Position numbers and translations under genes: made by a program. From the human T2T-CHM13v2.0 reference genome, Homo sapiens, in NCBI RefSeq assembly GCF_009914755.1, contig NC_060948.1: a DNA stretch of 64,000 bases, one strand, 5' to 3'. How positions within the stretch are numbered: position 1 is the stretch's first letter; each line of letters begins with the position of its first letter. Shown here piece by piece: positions 59,360 through 64,000 of the stretch. The notes beneath the pieces were generated by a model that was not told the DNA's origin, did not search any database, and was given only the letters and a program-made list of their open reading frames with translations.

Positions 59360-60803
59360 TCAGTCTTGTTGTTGGATCATCTGGTTGGGGGCTTCTAGCC
59401 CAGAGAACCTTTGACCTCTGGGGCAGTGCGCCTTCCAGTGATTGCCTCAGCATTGTGGACATGGACAAGGGGGTGGCTTGTTTCTCATTGAGTAATCTTT
59501 TTTAAAGTGTCCTTGCAAACCACAGTGATAAAAATCCCTACCAGGTGACTGGCCTGCTCCATTTTCTGTCCTCTCTGAACCACCAAGGTTTGTTTGTCTG
59601 AGGGACATGACTAAGGCTGTGGCCTTTCTCTTATCTCACTTTTCCTTTTGGGCCTGTTCCTTTTGGTCCCTATTATAGAACACCAAGGTTGCCAGGTTTA
59701 ATAATGCCTCCAGATTTTGTTCAGGGCCCAGGTCTTGCTTTTGGAGCTTTCTCCTGATATCTGCAACTGATTTGGTAATACACTTATCTTTTCATATCAA
59801 TTGACCCTCGAAGGAGTCTGGTGACAGGGGAGTATATTTTCTTAAGGCCTCCCATAGCTGCTCGAGGAAGGCAGAAGGATTTGCTTCCTTTCTCTGAGTT
59901 ATGGTGTACATCATTGAATAATTCATGGGCTTTTCCTAATTCTCCTTAGTCCTTCTAGAATATAGGTCAGCAGATGTTTACGATGCCAGTCCCCATGATC
60001 TGAGTCACAGCCCTGGTGGGGATCCATACTGGGGATGGCTTGCTCACCAGTAGGGAATTGGTCCTTTTCTTTGATTGTCATTCTATCATTTACTTGACTA
60101 AGATACCAGGTATCTCCAAATGCTCAGGCTGCAGCTAAAGCCACATTCTTTTCATTAAAGGCCAGGATTTTATCTAACAATAGCATGACATCTCTCCAAG
60201 TGAGGTCAAAAGTTTGCCCTAGACCCTGTAAGACAACTATGTACCTATCGGGATCATCTGAAAACTTCCCCAGATCTACCTTGATTTGCTTTAAATCAGA
60301 GATGGAGAAGGGGATATGTACCTGGGTTGGGCCAAATTCCCCTCCCCTAGAGCTTGAAGGGGACATAACTGATAGCCCAGGGGTTTTTGTGGTACCTTTG
60401 GAGATTTCTTTGTTTTCTTCTGAGAGGGGGAGATTAGAGGAGGCTTATTATTAATAGGAAGGGGAGCTATAGGTAGGCTAGGATATGGAGGTAAGCTGAG
60501 AGGTCCTCCTGTAGGATGTAAATTGCAAACTTTGCATAGGTGTTGATTCTCCTTCAATGAAAAGAAAGCTTGGACATAAGGTATTTCACTCCATTTGCCT
60601 TCCCTCTTACAGAAAAGGTCAATTGACAGGATCGTATTGTAATGGATACTTCCCTCAGGTGGTCATTTTTCCCCAACAGAGAGAGAATATTGGGGCCAGG
60701 CTGTGGTACAGAAAAAAATGAGCCACCTCTTTTTCAGGGTTTGGTCCCAATGGCTTAGGATGCATTTCAAGGGTGAGCCTGTTGATGCCTGAGTGTTTTG
60801 CAT
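59360..60803 (-). pseudogene. ERV9 gag, disrupted
   Basis: MQNTQASTGSPLKCILSHWD; capsid [24 protein letters not shown]; ends QQQD*(TGA) in frame with pro. Confidence 0.88.
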
Positions 60804-62030
60804 CTGAAAGAAAAAACTGCCTGCAGTTTTGGTTTGTTTTCCCCCAACCCCGCTGAAGAACTCTCAATGGTACCTGGACCCTGCTGATCAGAATAGTTGT
60901 GCTCACTGATGCAGCAGCTGATCCCCCTCTTGCCCAAGAACCCACAACAGTTTCTGGACCCTGCTGATTGGAATAATTGCACTCACCAATGCAGCAGCAA
61001 AAACGCTAGTTTTCCTCCTAGACCACAAAGAGGACTGAGGAACGTTGGATTTAGTGGCCCTTATTGATGCATTCTCAAAAACCTGCACCTTTGCCTTTCC
61101 TCTTAGACCACAAAGAGGACTGAGAGAAATCAGATTTAGTGGCCCTTACCTATGCATTCTCAAAAATCTGTTAGAGTCCTAAGTGTTTTCTCCTGTTAGT
61201 ATTGGGACCTTACCCTTGTCCTATAAAGATGATATGCCTCAAAATGGAGTGGAGGGCCATACCCTGAGGGAGGGAAGGGATCTCCAGGGTTGGAAGAGTG
61301 ATGTCTTTTGTCATCAGTTTTCACCATATGGATAGGAAGGATATAATTTCTGAGGCTCCCCATATCCTAGCTTTGGGAATAGCCTTTGTTAGGCCTGCTA
61401 GTCTGAGGAGGGATCCTAAAATTCCAGATAGTCTCCCCCTCGATGGGACTTTGGGTAAAAAAAAAAAAAAAAAAAAGTCTTTCTGATTGGTGAGCCTGGG
61501 TGCCTAAAGAAAGGAACACAGTCCCAAAATTTGTGTGAGAAATCATTCTTATAGGAGAAACTAGAAAAGCACCAGAGACAGGGAGTGGAGGCAGGACTAG
61601 CCTCAGAGAAGAGAAACAGGAGGAAGTCTGTCTGATAGGCATTAGGACCCAGGAGGCAAGGGTCAGGATAGATAGGATAGATGGGCGAGTCTCACTTGGG
61701 CATTGTGGCTCTGAGAGTTCTGCTCATGGCTACAGGGTCAACCAAATTTTTGTTGGGACCCTGCAGATGGGCTTTCCTCTCTGTCGACCGTTGGCTTAGC
61801 TCGGAAGTACAGGAAAAGTGGAAGCTGGTTCCAGGAAAACCAACAATGTCAATTCCAAAGAGTCGGGGGTTGTTAGCCCTTTCCCAGAAAGCCTGACATC
61901 TGTGTCTTTAGTCCAGTGGCCATGCTAGTCACTTTTAACTAGCCAACACATGCCTGGTGTTTAGCCCCTGAATTCTAAGGAAAAACAGAACAAGTGAAAG
62001 GGGTCCCATGGTACTCACCGCTTGGTGATA

Positions 62031-62048
62031 GTCCCTTCTTAGTTGCCA
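62031..62048 (-). other. Primer-binding site, tRNA-Arg type (degenerate)
   Basis: Minus strand tggcaactaagaagggac vs TGGCGACCACGAAGGGAC (3 mismatches). Splice donor 'cg/gtgagtac' just downstream (62011-62020). Confidence 0.7.
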
Positions 62049-62051
62049 AGA

Positions 62052-62551
62052 TGTGACCAGAGTTTGTTCCTTCCGGTGGATTTGTGGTCTTGCTGACTTC
62101 AAGAATGAAGCTGCAGACCCTCACGGTGAGTGTTACAGCTCTTAAAGTTGATGCAGACCCAAAGAATGAGGAGCAGCAAGATTCATTGTGAAGAGCAAAA
62201 GAACAAAGCTTCCACAGTGTGAAAGGGAACCCAAGTGGGTTGTTGCTGCTGGCTGGAGTAGCCAGCTTTTATTCTCTTATTTGCCCCTGCCCATATTTTG
62301 CTGATTGGCCCCTTTTACAGAGTGCTGATTGGTCCATTTTATAAACCTGTAGCTAGCTACAGAGTGCTGAGTGGTGCGTTTTTACAGAGCACTGATTGGT
62401 GCATTTTACAAACCTCTAGCTAGCTACAGAGCACCAATTGGTGCATTTTTACAGAGCACCGATTGGTGCATTTTACAAACCTCTAGCTAGCTACAGAAAA
62501 GTTCTCCAAGTCCCCACTTGACCTAGGAAGTCCAGCTGGCTTTACCTCTCA
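62052..62551 (-). promoter_or_regulatory. ERV9 5' LTR (LTR12 family)
   Basis: Same termini as the 3' LTR; tandem 'ctagctagctacagagc...attggtgcatttt' repeats; 'aataaa' on the minus strand near 62268. Confidence 0.92.
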
Positions 62552-62699
62552 CTTTTTCTCAACACTTTGCTACAACCATATGATGTAGAAAGTTAAGTGT
62601 TTGTTATGAGACTTATGTGCTGAATGAAAAATCATTAGGCTTTCTAAGGAAGGCAACAATAAAAGTGGTGAAAAGTGAAAAAGAGGGAACAGTAATTTT

Positions 62700-62956
62700 G
62701 TTTGTTCGTTTGTTTGTTTTTGAGACAGAGTCTCACTCTGTCACTCAGGTTGGAGGGTGAAGGCAGGATCTTGGCTCACTGCAATCTCTGCCTCCAGAGT
62801 TCAAGTGGTTCTCCTGACTCTGCCTCCTGAGTAGCTGGGATTACAGGCATATGCCACAATGTCAGGCTAATTTTTTGTGTTTTTAGCAGAGGGGGTTTCT
62901 CCATGTTGGCCAGACTGATCTTGAACTACTGACCTCATCTGATCCAACCGCCTCAA
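62700..62956 (-). mobile_element. 5'-truncated Alu with TSD
   Basis: Flanked by gaacagtaatttt at 62687-62699 and 62957-62969. Confidence 0.9.
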
Positions 62957-63199
62957 GAACAGTAATTTTAAAGGTAAATCCAGCAGTTATTATACAGAAA
63001 TTAAAACAAGCTAATTTTGACATAAGAAAAATAACTCATAAGAATATTTTATCTAAGTTAAAGCATAGAAACCAGCAAGAACATATAATGATAAACAGTA
63101 AAAAGTGAACAGATATAGTAAAAGAGCCACTGAAAGCAAGAAAACTCATTTTTTACACAACCAGAAACTTCTGAAAAACATCCACCTAAAAACATATGA

Positions 63200-64000
<801 letters not shown>

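Larger units (their letters stand above)
53577..62551 (-). mobile_element. ERV9 (HERV9/LTR12) near-full-length provirus, coding-defective
   Basis: LTR12-type LTRs at 53577-54113 and 62052-62551 with tandem CCAAT repeats; Arg-type PBS; gag-pro-pol-env order. Confidence 0.93.

Overview
Primate (human or great-ape type) genomic DNA that is almost entirely interspersed repeat, with no host protein-coding gene, RNA gene or CRISPR array that I can support. It holds four degraded class-I (gamma-like) endogenous proviruses, each with a different tRNA primer site: HERV-H/LTR7 (13020-19165, His), Harlequin/LTR2 (20849-~31755, Glu, 3' end missing), an HERV-F/Fc-like element (47406-52985, Phe) and ERV9/LTR12 (53577-62551, Arg). 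There is also a deleted MER4 provirus, a full-length dead L1PA4-like element with an 18-bp TSD, several rearranged older L1s, about 20 Alus, MER20/MER58 relics, a (GGAT)n tract and a 1.5-kb TA-rich tract. Nearly all ORFs in the supplied track are retroelement fragments or chance frames. The most notable observations are four. (1) An intact 53-aa, two-hydrophobic-segment ORF lies between pol and env of ERV9, below the ORF-track cutoff, and is a candidate accessory gene. (2) An inverted ~98-bp copy of the env immunosuppressive domain sits inside pol of the HERV-F-like element. (3) The ERV9 LTRs are structurally discordant and lack a matching TSD, suggesting a recombinant provirus. (4) The L1 keeps an antisense ORF0 remnant. 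Family names come from recalled consensus motifs, not a database search. Boundaries without a quoted TSD or terminal motif are approximate.
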